Source of the DNA: Podarcis tiliguerta
Lineage: Eukaryota
Direction: 5' to 3' (one strand)
Assembly: GCA_965153285.1 (NCBI GenBank)
Contig: OZ229111.1
Length of the DNA stretch: 64,000 nucleotides
This document shows positions 36,501-49,358 of the stretch, piece after piece; position 1 is the stretch's first letter; each line of letters begins with the position of its first letter. The notes beneath the pieces were generated by a model, which was not told the DNA's origin, did not search any database, and worked only from the letters and a program-made list of their open reading frames with translations. The translations under genes were made by a program, and so were the position numbers.

Positions 36501-38098
36501 ACTCTAATCTTTAAAAAGTTCCAAATGGTGGCTGAATGAAAAAACAACTGGGTTCGGACAGGTTTTATGTATTTACTTTAAGGACATATGTAGAAAGTAG
36601 GAAAACCTGGATTTGTGTCTTTGTCCAAGAGACTACACGAGCTTCAATAGATTTCTGTGTCATTGCAGTGAACAGCCAGTTATTCATTTTGACTTTACCA
36701 GGCTAACCTTGTACCGACACGGTGTGTGAAGGAGGCAAGAGGCTAAACACAGCTTCCAATTTGACATTGCCACAAAGTTTGTAGAAATGCAGCAGAGTTG
36801 TTACAACATGGAGCTGTAGTAACTCTGTTTTTCTCCTCTCCAGCTTCTTTGTACAAGTGTAAAACTGCTTAGTCTGCCACTGCCTGGTTCTTCTCTTTAC
36901 CTTAACTTGGAATTCCTAGGGCAGCATTCCAAGTCCCATCAGTACAGGGAAAGGAATTTTCCAAACTGCAGCAGTTATTGATAATAGAGAAGCTCTCAAA
37001 GGCTTCTGAAGGTTTTTTCAAAGTTGTGAATGTGCATTTTTGAGTCAAAGTTGTGACCCTATTTAGCTTTAAGACCTAGGGGGCCTTTGTGTTCTTGTGT
37101 AATTTCTATTTGGTGCTGCTCCAAGTATTTCACTGGTGTCCCCCTGAATGTTTTGCACCTGGGAAACCATGCTTTGCCCAGTGGCTCACAAACCTGCAAC
37201 TCCATTGGAGCAGAAAGGAAGGGTTGAGCTGCCCTCTGGAGGTGAGAGGCTGTCCTTGTTCATAAGCATGTTTAATTTTTCCTTAACCTCTGTGATGAGC
37301 CAATTCAGCATAACCATGCCCTGCAGACTTATAATGGAAGAACCGGTTCAGTATTATAATGCAGAGATCTCAGCAGAATTGTTCAGTTCTGAATTTGGCT
37401 TCATTTTATCAGGTATTCTTGGTTCATTCTCTCCCCGCTCTACCATCCCCACCAACCTGCTCTATTGGTCAAAGAAATCTCAATTAAATTTGAATTAAAA
37501 TGGTGTGACACCTTTGGAGGAATGTTGCATTTCATATTTGACACACCATTTTCTTCCACTACTACAGGAAGGGTGGTGGCAAGAATTGGGAAGGAGTGGC
37601 TGAACATAGGATGGCTGCTTACTGGGTGGCCAGTAAGCTCTGCAGAGCATCAGATGGACATAGGGAGAGGAAACAGGGACTGAGCATTAGAGATGGGTGT
37701 AGGAGTGAGAAACAGGAAGCACTAATGGGGCAAACTGAGGAATAGACCTGTTGCAGAGGCAAATAGGAAGGGCAGGTGAATGTGTTCTTATAGTCAGAGT
37801 GAACTATCCTAATGATCCTATACATCTATGGGAAATCTAAACATATCAAGCAATCCCAGCTCAGACCTTGGAGCATGATTATGCACAGCAAGAGTGCCTG
37901 GCACTCTTGAGTCACTCCCCACAAGTCACTCTTCCCACACTGCCTAGCTGAGCTGACTAGCTGCAACATAATCACCAAACAGACCTCCCCCCCCAAAAAA
38001 AGCTGTTCATATTAGCCCCCCACTGAGCTGTTATTGGCTGGTTGCCCACTAGATACAGTTCAGATACCATTTTGTACAGACAATATCCGCTCTTGGAT

Positions 38099-38438
38099 CA
38101 GAGCCGGCTCAGCTATTAGGCAGGCTGAGGCCTCTGCTTCAGGCAGCAGAAGCCCCCATGCAGCACGCCCATGGGTGCCCTGCCTGCCCTGCCACCTCCA
38201 CCAGCGGCAGAGAAGTGCCACTGCCATCGGCACTGATTTTAGGCAAAACCACATCCATTTTGGGTGCAATCTCTCCCAAAATCAGTGCCAGTGGTAGTGC
38301 CGCTCCTTCTCCCACATCAGATGTGGCAGGGCATGTGGTGGCGGCAGCAGGAGCAGGTAGATGGTGGTGGGAGCAGTGGCAGGGCAAAGCAGCACTTCCT
38401 GTTTCACCTCAAGTGGTGAAATGGGACATGACACCCTG
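38099..38438. mobile_element. GC-rich hAT-type non-autonomous element
   Basis: Perfect 8-bp TSD tcttggat (38091-38098, 38439-38446). Ends cagagcc / caccctg. Confidence 0.8.
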
Positions 38439-39019
38439 TCTTGGATAGAGTTAATAGGCACACAACACACAGCCATGCATGAGATAGTGTGTATTTATGT
38501 GTATTAGAACTCCACTTTAGGCCCGTGAGGCTATTTTGGCCAAGCCCTGCCCACTTGCCTTAAACCTGATGCCATATATGTCAGGTGCTAGAAAGGTAAA
38601 GTCATGGCTGGACCAAAATGGGTTTGAAGGCACCATCGACCAGCTGCTTGAGGTTGCCTACAGAACCCTTTGCATAGTGCCTGACATGGCTCTTCTCAGG
38701 CCCTGGTGGTCAGCTGATTGTTAGGGCTCCCATAATGTTGTGCACAGATCTCTGCTGGCAGAAGTGATCAGCTGACCATCTGTGCCTGCAGGGAGCCATG
38801 GGCAACATGTAGACACTTTGATCGTCAGCTGACCGTAGCAGTTTCAAAGCACCACACATGTCATACAGTTTAATTTCAAATGGTGCAGGTAAAATTGGGA
38901 CACCTGATGCCCCCCACACCTGTCAAAGTTGGGCTATGGTGGTTGGGGGAGATAAGACCAGATCCTCTGCTTCAGAATGACCCTACATTGCTGAAATTTA
39001 TTGATTAATCCTTGTGTTA

Positions 39020-39197
39020 ATATTCCGCCTTTCCTGTAAGGAGTTCCTGTATTGTCTTCAGAACAACCCTGAGAGGTAGGTTAGGTTGAGAGAAGGTGAC
39101 TGGCCCAGGTCCACCCAAGTGAGCTTCATAGCTGTGTGTGGATTTGAACCCAGTCTCCAAGATCCTTGTCCAGCATTTTGCCCACTATACCACACTT
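39020..39197 (-). mobile_element. MIR-like/CORE-type tRNA-derived SINE, degenerate
   Basis: aacaaccctgagaggtagg...gtgactggcccagg...ggatttgaaccc...cactataccacact, similar to 49103-49358. Confidence 0.7.
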
Positions 39198-39719
39198 TTT
39201 AGGCCAGCCAAAGCAGTGTGTAGAGACTTTTGAGTTCTCCAGAACTAGATGGCAAACACAGCAACATTTCTTTCCACAGTGTTATATATGGGTCTTATGG
39301 AGGGCTGCTGCACACATTATACAGTGGGAAGCACTTGCCACTATGGGGTGCAACTTTTTACACCCATATTCTATTTTAAAAAATTCACCTCCCAGTTCTG
39401 TAACGTGAGTCCCAGGTAGTGCTTCTGAAGAACTGTATGAAATAGGGAAGCCAAAAGATCATGTTTCAGAAGAAAATGACAAATCAAAAAGTCTGTGGAA
39501 CATGTGGGTATTTGCTCAACAGTTCTTCATTCAGATTTGAAACTCTGAAATTTGTTAACTGAAATAATGTATATTAAAAACTAAAAAATCCATCTCCTTA
39601 GCAGTGGAATGTACACAATTTACACCAGATTTTGAAAGAGTTAGAGTTCTGACTATTATATTTAATAGGAAGCATTAGTGTGGCTATATTTTAAGAGCAA
39701 ACCTTGCAGGGGTGAAATC

Positions 39720-39880
39720 AGCATGCACCTTGCATCACCGACATTTGACATCTGACTGAAGGTGTCAGCAGGCATACAGAAAGAGTGAGTCCAGCAAGCA
39801 TTGTGTACCTGGATTTTCGAAACACTTCTGACAACAAATCTCATGTGAATCCTTTAAAGAAACTCAGAGTGAGGCATGGG
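39720..39880 (+). mobile_element. Old CR1 reverse transcriptase fragment
   Basis: attgtgtacctggattttcgaaacacttctgac reads IVYLDFRNTSD, cf. the CR1 RT motif IVYLDFxKAFD. Confidence 0.6.
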
Positions 39881-42550
39881 GGTGGATGGGAAATGATTGG
39901 TATTCTTACAGTACCTGACTGAAAGATCTATGAGTAAGCAGGAAGGGGAATGCCAGTTACACCACCACTATGAGAGAGAGAGAAAATATTGGTGGAATTC
40001 CCCAGATACGAGGACAGAAGACTCAACAAACAGGGTCATTCAACTGAAGAAGTTGAAACAGGGTGGTGTTTTGGATGGGAAGCAGGCAAGTCTCCAGTCC
40101 CAATGTACTGCGAGTATAGGATCGCTCTGTTGGTGCCTATAATAGGTGGGAATTTGTATCCTCCTTTGTTTTTATGTGTTCCAATTTATTCTTATTCATT
40201 CAATTTATTTTGGAAAATACAGTATATAAGCAAGCTAGAGAAACATGACGTACTGTACCTGAATCTCCAAGCTTAGTAAACAATAGCCCTCCTGGCTGAT
40301 GCATTGTATCACTTGGATTTTGTTTGCAGAAGTTGTGAAAAGGTGTTACTAGTAATGCTAGTACTGTTTTTATACACTGTCATCAGGCTCTTGTATGGAG
40401 TGATATGGACACCAAGAGAATTATGTGCAAATCTGAGCCAGGAGTTGGTTCATAGGATTTAGATCCTTTTGACTGGCAGTAATTCTCCAGGCAGGGTCTC
40501 GGGCAAGGTGGGGCTTGGAGATACTTTGGATTGAACTGGGGACCTTTCACAGCCCCTCCGTGCTTCCTATACTGGGTATGTAAGGCTGGTTTAGCAACCC
40601 TGTTGCTTGTTCTTGAAAGCAGCCTGCTATCTTTGTAGCTATCTCTTAAATGTAACCAAAACGTTATCTTTCTGTTGCTGCTGCAGTCTCTGGAACAGCT
40701 CAGCCCATAGCATAGCATGACAGGTCAAAATGCAGCAAATTTCCTGTTTAAACTGAATAATGACATTCATAGTTTGGCTTAACAGCCTTTGACTTATTTA
40801 TCAGTTAACACTCCCATTTTTCCCCCTTCCTCTAAAAAAACAAAATTCCATTTGATCCCCTCCCCAAGTTTCTGCATAGAAGCAATATTTCACCAACTTA
40901 TAGCTGCTCCCTGGATTTTTAATTATTATTATTTTTTGTCTCGGTGCTGTAGGAGAATGGACCATTAGATGAACTTTGAAACATTTCCAAGCCCCATTAG
41001 TCTGTGTCTGCAAATTCTTTTGAGTTTACCTCCAGGCCTGTTCACAACTGGTTTTCCTTTCAGCTTCTTGAAAGACAGAGTAGATTTCCCCGCCCCCCCT
41101 GGTTCTGGTACACGTTGCCTGGTGCTATGCTCCACTGATACACATTTCCAAATAACATGCTTGTGGAGAGGTGTGTAAACAGAGCTGTCACCTTTTCAGA
41201 GGCAGGAGCCCTGTTTCTTTAATGCCTACATGGCAGACACAAATTCAACAAGTGAGGCTTTCACTGCATCAGATAATGTGATGAGAAAGCTTCTTCTGTT
41301 GAATTTCTGCCTGTTATTCATTTATCTTATGGTTTCTGTCCTACCCTCCCCTAGTGCCTGCTGAAGACAGTGTAGTATAAATATTTAAAATCACAATTCA
41401 ATAAAATATATATTTAAAAGCCTCACACCAATAAAGCTTCATAGGATGCATCCTACCTGAGATGGGAACCACCAACCATAGAATATACACGGGTCCAAAA
41501 TGTGTTGGTGTGAGTTTGCTAGCTTTCATGATGAAAGGTTGCCTCCAAGTCTGCAAGCTCTTGCCTGCAGCATTTGATCAAAGCACCCCTTCTTTTGCCT
41601 GCATAGCAGCTTTCACCAAACTGGTGCCCTTCATGAAAGTTGAAGTCCCATTTGTTAGGGCAGGGGATGGCAACACAGGAATGGAAGCCGACTCCCTCTG
41701 AAGACCAGTGAATAGTCCACCCCCCCCCCAATGTTTCTCTCAAAGCTAATCTACCATTCTTATGTTTCTTCCTGAAACATACACATTCCACTAGACTGAA
41801 ATGCCAGATTCTTCATTCTTTTAGAAGACGACCACAATTACTGTGCTCAGTGGCATATAAAGAGCAAACAGCAAAATAATTGTTTCCCAAATGTTACTCC
41901 ATTCGTCTAACCATAAAAGCCTGGCTTTTTTTTCCTGGGTGGGGCAGGGGAAAAAGAATTCCAGTGCACAGAAAACCTGGTTGAAAGGGCAGACAGATTT
42001 TAAAGCAAGCATTCGTGTTTCTAGAGCGGCTTTCCTCAACAGCGAGCAACTTGGCAAAGTTCCCTTAACAGCCATATTTACTCCAAATTAAATGTGCTCA
42101 TAATTTTATCCAAAACATGTATCCCAAGAAAGTGAGGGGAATAAAAAACAACAACTGGTTTTGAGGAAGACATCCTTTTAATAGCCTGATCCTTTAGTGC
42201 CATTGGGATCAGTCAGGTTAGGCACACTTAATGCGCTGGATCAGGCCTTCATCAGCTTTAAGTCTGCAGTCAGGAAACCCAGTCCTGTGTTAAAAATGCC
42301 TCTGCCGCCCAACTGCTTCACCCATAACAAGTCATTCAGTCTCCTGAACTCCAGCCAGTTCAGTTTCCATCTTCATTGTTTTCACTTTGTCCATTTGTGC
42401 TAGCATTTGGCTTGTTCTTTGTTCACCCTCCACATTGCCCCATTAAGGCCTTGTTTGCTTTCCCATTCTGTGTTTTGAGATACCTGTACTTTTGTCTTGG
42501 GATGGGAGGACTTTGGCAAGGGAGGGAGAGAAATGAGCATCAGTGCTTTA

Positions 42551-42775
42551 CAGTGGTACCTTGGGTTACATACGTTTCAGTTACTGACTCCGCTAACCCA
42601 GAAATAGTGCTTCAGGTTAAGAACTTTGCTTCAGGATAAGAACAGAAATCGTGCTCCGGCAGCGCGGCAGCAGCAGGAGGCCCCATTAGCTAAAGTGGTG
42701 CTTCAGGTTAAGAACAGTTTCAGGTTAAGTACAGACCTCCGGAACAAATTAAGTACTTAACCCGAGGTACCACTG
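42551..42775 (+). mobile_element. Tigger-like MITE subfamily A, 225 bp
   Basis: TA|cagtggtaccttgggtta ... taacccgaggtaccactg|TA. Same orientation as 4991. Confidence 0.92.
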
Positions 42776-43197
42776 TATGTGTGAGGGGGCCAACCTTGGA
42801 ATGGGCGGGGAGATATCAATAGGGATCATGTGTGCTTAGTTATACAAAGACCTTGGGGCAACAATTTAACATCACAACAACCCTGTGGAGTAGAGCTACC
42901 CAGAGAATGACCTTGCCCTAAACCATTAGCCTAATTAAGATGGGATTTGGATTTAGCTTTGCCATTTCCAAGCCCCATGTTCCCAACTGCTTTTCTTCAC
43001 TGGCTTTTTGCATTCCTGCTGCTGTGTGTGTGTAAAACTGAATAAACTGAATAAACTGAATAAATGTATGTTGAAGTTTTTTTGGGGGGGGGCGGCGGCT
43101 CTTCACTGGCATTAATCTTCTGCTTTGAATTAGCACTCATGCTTTTGAAGTGCAGCCTTTTGATCTTCTACATGTTTACTCAGAAGTAAGTTTCACT

Positions 43198-43310
43198 GAG
43201 CCCTGTTTAGGGACGTTCTTAATATTTGATGTTTTAATCTGTTGGGAACAACCCAGAGTGGCTGGGGAAACCCAGCCGGATGAGTGGGGTATAAATAATA
43301 TATTATTATT
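43198..43310 (+). mobile_element. L2-like LINE 3' terminal fragment
   Basis: cccagagtggctggggaaacccagccggatgagtggggtataaataat plus (ATT)n. Matches 33190-33300 in reverse. Confidence 0.7.
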
Positions 43311-43899
43311 GGGAGTTCAGCGGGGCTTTTCATGAGTGTGCATAGGATTGTGACCAGGCTTGCAGAACTTTACCAGGACTCTGCTGTGAGTAAGCTTGTG
43401 GCTGCCTTTGTCAGCTCAGACTCCCCTTGGTGGGAAAGGATACACAGGCTCAATCTGTGCCTGTTTACTTGGTAGAAAGGCCTGCTTGAGTTCAACAGGA
43501 CTTGCTACTTGGGGAAAAAAAGTGCAGAGGATTGCAGACCTAGACCTAAGCATGCTTTTTTTTTTGCTTTTTTTTTTGCAAGCACCGCTGAAATGAATGA
43601 CATTTACTTTTTTAAAGTAAACATGTTTGAAGACAGGATATTAGTTTCTGAGTCTGCCATGAGAGAGTTTTAACCACCAAAGCCTCATCTCCTCCTTGAA
43701 GACACTGTGCTGCCTTCAGGAGAATTTGTCCAGCCGTTTTCCTTTTTTTAAACAGCCGGGTCTGGACCTTTCCCCTTTCTAGCCGCTCTGGCTTTGCTAT
43801 CCTCACCCCTGGGCAGCAATTATCCCCCACTCCCAGCTTCTGCCTACCTCCATTGCACTGTGGGATGCTCATTATTCAGAGAATGACAATGCTCCTTTG

Positions 43900-45500
43900 A
43901 TCATTGACTAGCATTCTGAACCATGTGACCCTGGAGGGGGCGGGTCTTTCTCTGCTAACACAGCCAGGAGAATAAGAGAGTTTTCAGCTGCTTGGGTGAG
44001 TCTCCTCAAAACTGCCTTTGTTCTTTGAAATAATTCAAACTTTTTTCTCCTACCCCTTTGCACTGCAACTGCAGATAGGTTGCTTTCTCTCTCTCCTCCC
44101 CACTTCCTGCCTCAGGTTGCGTTGCCATTCTGGCTTTGTGCAGGGTGGGGGGGGGTGCAGGAAGGGTGGGCTGGAGGAAGGAAAGAAATCCTTGTGTTTT
44201 GTGGGCTGTTTTATGACAAGGCAATTGGATTTGCGAGGAAGGAAGGATTCCAGCTTCTTTCCCATTCAGGTTTAGCGGTGCCTGGTGTGATGTGGCATGG
44301 CGTGGCTTTTTGGGGGTGGGTGGGGAGGGAAGGACAAGGGTGCAGAAAGCGTGTGAGCCTCATGTCTAGGACCCTGGAACTAGCGAGAACCAGGGACTAG
44401 GGGAATTCAGTTTCCATGTCTTGACCAGATTTCTTCGCTGCAGAAAGAAAAGGGCTTTGTGCCTCACAGCTATCTCTTTGTAAATATTTGGCCAATGGAG
44501 CCGAGTGTGCTAATTTCTGCCTCTGAGGCTTCCCCACCCCACCCCCAGTTTTTCCTCTCTCCACATAGTGTACGTTGCACTCTAAAGAGAAGGGACAAAA
44601 CTTCACTGTAATCCACCCCCCCTCCCAAACCCATCCTCCCCTTTACTACTTATTATCTAGCCATCTGGCTTGAGAAAGCACAGTGTGAGTGCCTGGGTTT
44701 TCCTGTCTTTGCAGAACATAAGCCCCAGAGGTAGGTGTGCTGGACTTGTACATGCCTGGGTTTTTAAACTCTGCTAACTGTTCCTCCGGGAACTTCTTCC
44801 TCTCTCTGCCCGCTCTGGGTTTTGCTATGTTCATCAGTACTGCTGGGGCTCTGCCACTTATGGGGGGTGGGTTGTAGGAAACAGAAAATGGGGATGTATA
44901 TCCCTCCCCTTGTTTTTAATGTGTGTTGGAGGAGAGACGGAGGCAGAGAGGTTTCCAAATAAACTGTTCTGAAAAGGAATAAACTGTTCTGACAAGGAAT
45001 TTTAGAGTACGGGAGTTACGGGGACAGGATTGCTGTGGGGCAAAGTATTCTGTGTATTGGGATGTATGGGGTGTTTCTTTATAGTAAGGGTCTATCTGGT
45101 GCCCCTTCTTGGTTGAAGGAGGGGCGTCGGAAGTTAATTATTTAATAACATGCAGTGCGGCTTCATTTGGGAATGGATCAAATGGCAACCACCCAACCTT
45201 TGTAAAACTCATTTCCCTTTGGGCAAACTTTGCAATGAAATACGATGTATATGCAGGCCTTTGTGTTGAGGCCTACTGTGTGCCATGGGGCCAGCAGGGT
45301 AAGGTGGGTGTGGGGATGCTGAGGCCTGTTTTATTCTTGGAGGGGGGGGCAAGGCTGTTTTGCAGCTATCGTACACTTCTTTCCATCCCAAAATGTGCTT
45401 CTTTAACCTTTAAGTCTTTGCAGTTTTGCCAAAATAACCACATGGAGTGCACAGGGGTGGGGGTGGGAGGGAGTTGCAGTTGCTCCTTTCTTTTCCTTTT
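43900..45500 (+). promoter_or_regulatory. Candidate internal promoter / alternative first-exon region of SEPT9
   Basis: GC box gggggcggg (~43937), donor-like TGG|gtgagt (~43996), ETS core cacttcctg (44101), two G4 motifs, and no recognisable TE. Inference only. Confidence 0.3.
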
Positions 45501-46339
45501 TTGCAAGCTGAGAATGAGAAGGGAATGTAGGAAGGGAAGGGAATAGACCTGAAATGCAAACTTGTCCATTCACAGTTGTGGAGTGGAGTGAAGGGAGCAG
45601 TATGGGCCCTGTGGTTTCTGAAGGGGGGCACTAATCCATGCAGTGCCAAGGTGCGTGGCTTGTTTGCATTCGCTGGTAGGTGCCCTCTGCAGTCACTTCC
45701 AGAAGAGGGTTTGCATATGCCGGCACACCTTCCCCAAATCAAATCTAAAAACAACTTTCCCTTAAACTCAAAACTTCTCTTGTGTATGAAACTGACATCC
45801 TTGCTTTAATTTTCCCAGTGGGAAAGGAAAAATGCTTCCCCTATCTTCTCATGCTAACAAAGCTGAGTCTGGGATGAACCTGACCTGATCTAGTGCAGGA
45901 CCCACTGGGACCTCCTGTGTCCTCCATGAAGGAATAACAACTTTCTTTTCCGTTCCTCCTATCCCTATAACAAGCCAGGACAAGAGGCTGAGTATGTGCA
46001 GCTGGGATTCTAATTGTGCCATTGTTCCTAGCTGATGGGGAGACAGATTGCAGTTACTGAGTCTTGCATGCCAAATCTTTTCTTCCTAGCAGGAATGGGT
46101 AGGTTGTGTTTTTTGGGGTTTTTTTTTTACTACTGAAGGCAAATCTCCCTCTTCATTCAAATCCCTTCTCAAACTTCATATTGTGAAAATGTTGGCTCGA
46201 TATCTCAGTCCCTTTCTTCGAGCAAAATGATGCTTAAGCATGTGTAATATCATTTGCTTGTGTCGATTCAATGTAGTATCTCATATCCTCCCCCCCCCCA
46301 TCTCCCTCTGTTGTTCCATTCCCTCCCAGCTGTTTCATA

Positions 46340-46450
46340 CTTCAAAATCTAGACTGGAAGCTCCTTGAGGCAGAGACCTGTCCTTTTTCTTTATTTGCTA
46401 TATTTCTCTGTAAGGTGCCATGTTCACTGATGGTTCTGTGCAGATGATAA
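46340..46450 (+). mobile_element. Ancient L2 3' end
   Basis: ctagactggaagctccttgaggcagagacctgtc...tgtaaggtgccatg resembles the conserved amniote L2 terminal motif. Confidence 0.6.
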
Positions 46451-49102
46451 AAGCCGGATGAGCTGCAAACTCATCAGGATATTTTAGGCATCCTTAATTT
46501 GCATAAATGTGGTGGCTGCCGGAGCATTATCTTGTTGCATTTCTCTAGTGCATTTCCTTTCATTTTGGAGGAGACACAAGAGTGGTCTTGGCCTTGTAAT
46601 CCCCTTCCTTTAGTCCACTCTACAATCATACCCTTGTTGTTTTGTAGCAAAGTTACTGGACTTGAACTGAGGGGAGATTGTTGTTGTATTGTGTGTGTAT
46701 ATCATAATGTAAGTTGCCTTACTGTGTGCTGTGCCCCCAAAAGCAGCCTATACAGTTTATAAATAACATAAGGCGTATTACGCCTTAAGAAGCTAGATCT
46801 GAAGCCTGCAGGCGATGGGAAATAAATTAGCCTTTTGAAAAAGGAAGAAGCTTGTTTGAACTATGTTTGTAGGAGTGCCTTGTAAGAGGAAGCTCATTAA
46901 ACCTTTTGTGTATTGATCATCCCTGTTTCAATTAGAGCTAGTGAAAGCTTCTGGGTTCTCTCTCCATGTGGGGAATAAGCGTTGGCCCGCCTCTTGGTTG
47001 AAGGAGCCTTTGAAACAAGTAAGAGAGAAAAGAACTAAGCTAGCTCATAGTTTGAAAAAGCTCCAGAGAGATTGTGCACACATTGCCCCGTGCCAAGAGA
47101 TGTTTGTGCCGTTTTTACTAACAGGCCAGCCTCCAAGCTGTGGCTGAAGGGCATTCCACTAGCAGGAAGGTAAAGTAAAGATGTAAACTGCCTTCTTCCT
47201 ATAGCAAAATAGCAGCGTCAGATACCCCAGGCTACAAAATGCTTACTCCATGATAAAGGGAATAAAAAAGGAAGGAAGGCACAGAGAGGAAGAAAAATCT
47301 CCCACACCAGCATGTATGAAACTTGGGGGAGTGTCTTCAGTCCTTTGTGTACAGGAGAGGATTTGCCAGCAAATAACATGTCCTTCAGCATTTGAGAGTG
47401 GTTGGCGTTGCACAGCAGTTAAAGTCTTGAAGCCTGTGCACACTTGGGAGTAAGTCCACACACATGCAGTGAGGGTTGTTTCTGAGTAAACATCCTGTAT
47501 GAGTGTGCAACTTGGTTTCTAAGATTAACCTAAGCTTTGCATCTGTAATGGGAATATTCATTACAGGTATTTAATGAGCTTCCACGGAAAGGGGCCTTTG
47601 TGCACAAACAAGTGGGAAAATTCATTTCAAATGATTTAATTGCGTCCAACCACTCTGAAGTGCTATTGATGTTTGAGAATTACTTTATTCTAAATGATAA
47701 GAACTGGGCTGGAAGGTGGGAATTTAGTTTGGAACACTTCAGTTCAAATCCTACCTTGCCAAATTAGGCAGATAAGCTGCCTACATTGGAGAGAGCAATA
47801 TTTCCCCCCCAAGTGGGCAACAAAGCAAATATGCCAAATAAATGAACACACACAACTAGCGTCTTGAGAAGGTTGAATATTTCTGGCAGATCTGGTGACT
47901 GATCAGTGGTGAGGCCTGGGTAGAGCTGGCCTCTGATAAACTTCTTTCCAGCTGTACAGCTCCATAGGTTCACAGCGGGTTGACCTGCTAGGTAGACCTG
48001 GCATCCGGACAATGCAACTGAAACCCTCATCCCCACCCTGACTCCGTTCACCTCCTGTAGCCCGTAACTAATTGCACTGCTGCTACAATTAACTTCACAA
48101 CACCTCACCCCAATGCATTTCCCTAAAGAAATAAAACAAAACCAGGTTAACAACACTGGACTACACTCCAGAGTTGTCATACTCATGTTGCTTAAGGAAG
48201 GGTGTGGGTAGTGTATCACAACACTGGGCTTCTTTGTAGGGTTGGCATAACTCACACCTTCTCGGCCACAGTCTTGCTCCCTGCAATATAATAATAGTGG
48301 ACTTTAGTGGCATTTACAAAGTACTTTTAAAGATGTTTAGAAACTCAGAAAATTCTCCCCCCCCCCCATGGGACAGTGATCACTTCCCCACCAGAGAAGA
48401 TAAGCAGAAAAGGCTTAAAAACAAACCAAGAACTTAGATAACAATGAGTGTTTCACTCTAGCTTTCTAGGATTTCATTGCTAGGAATTCATTGCCTAAAA
48501 ACACTGAAAGGTGGAAGCAAGCTAGTTTCGCACAGAACAAATGAGAAGAACAGTACCTGTACATTTTGCATTCAGGAGATTATGGTCTGGGGGAAAATCC
48601 CAACGAGCATGCCTGCCTGCCTTAAAGGCGTACTGAGATGATTATTGAGATTATTTATGTGAAATGCAGGAATTAAAATGGGAATAATAATATGAATCAA
48701 GGTTCCTCACCTTTCACAGTGGCTGTCATGCCTCAGCATGACAGGCAGGTGTTTTTCTCTATACTATATTTGCACTAATCTATGCCATTGTGCTGTTTTC
48801 ATTGGCTGTTTCCCAAAGTTCTAAAGACAGGGGTGGGGAAAAGAGGAGGAGGCAGGAGGGAGAAAGTTAGGGACTGCAGTAAATGACTTGTGGGAGTTAA
48901 GGTCTTGATGGGGGAGCAAAGGGGTGTGTGACAGTTCTGGTCCTCTGGTGACAGGGGAGAAAAGAGAGGAAGAATTGGGGAAGGAGCAGGTGGAATTGGG
49001 TGGGGATAAAGGTGACACTTAAAGGAATGACAGAAAATATGGGAAATAGGAAGGTGTGAGAGGGAGACAGTTTTAGGGCTCTGGTGATGGAGAAAGAAAG
49101 TC

Positions 49103-49358
49103 AGAAGAAGAAGAAGAAGGGTTTGGTTTTGATATCCTGCTTTATCACTACCCTAAGGAGTCTCAAAGCGGCTAACAATTTCCTTTCCCTTCCTCCCCCA
49201 CAACAAACACTCTGTGAGGTGAGTGAGGCTGAGAGGCTTCAAAGAAGTGTGACTAGCCCAAGGTCACCCAGCAGCTGCATGTGGAGGAGTGGGGAATCAA
49301 ACCCGGTTCACCAGATTACGAGTCTACCGCTCTTAACCACTACACCACACTAGCTCTC
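49103..49358 (-). mobile_element. MIR-like/CORE-type tRNA-derived SINE with (CTT)n tail
   Basis: Reverse complement has A box tggtgtagtgg, B box ggtttgattcc, core gggtgaccttgggctagtcac and a trinucleotide tail. Confidence 0.8.

Noticed and set aside
47764-48255. 163-aa minus-strand ORF
   Set aside because: No recognisable domain or coding-like composition. Consistent with chance.
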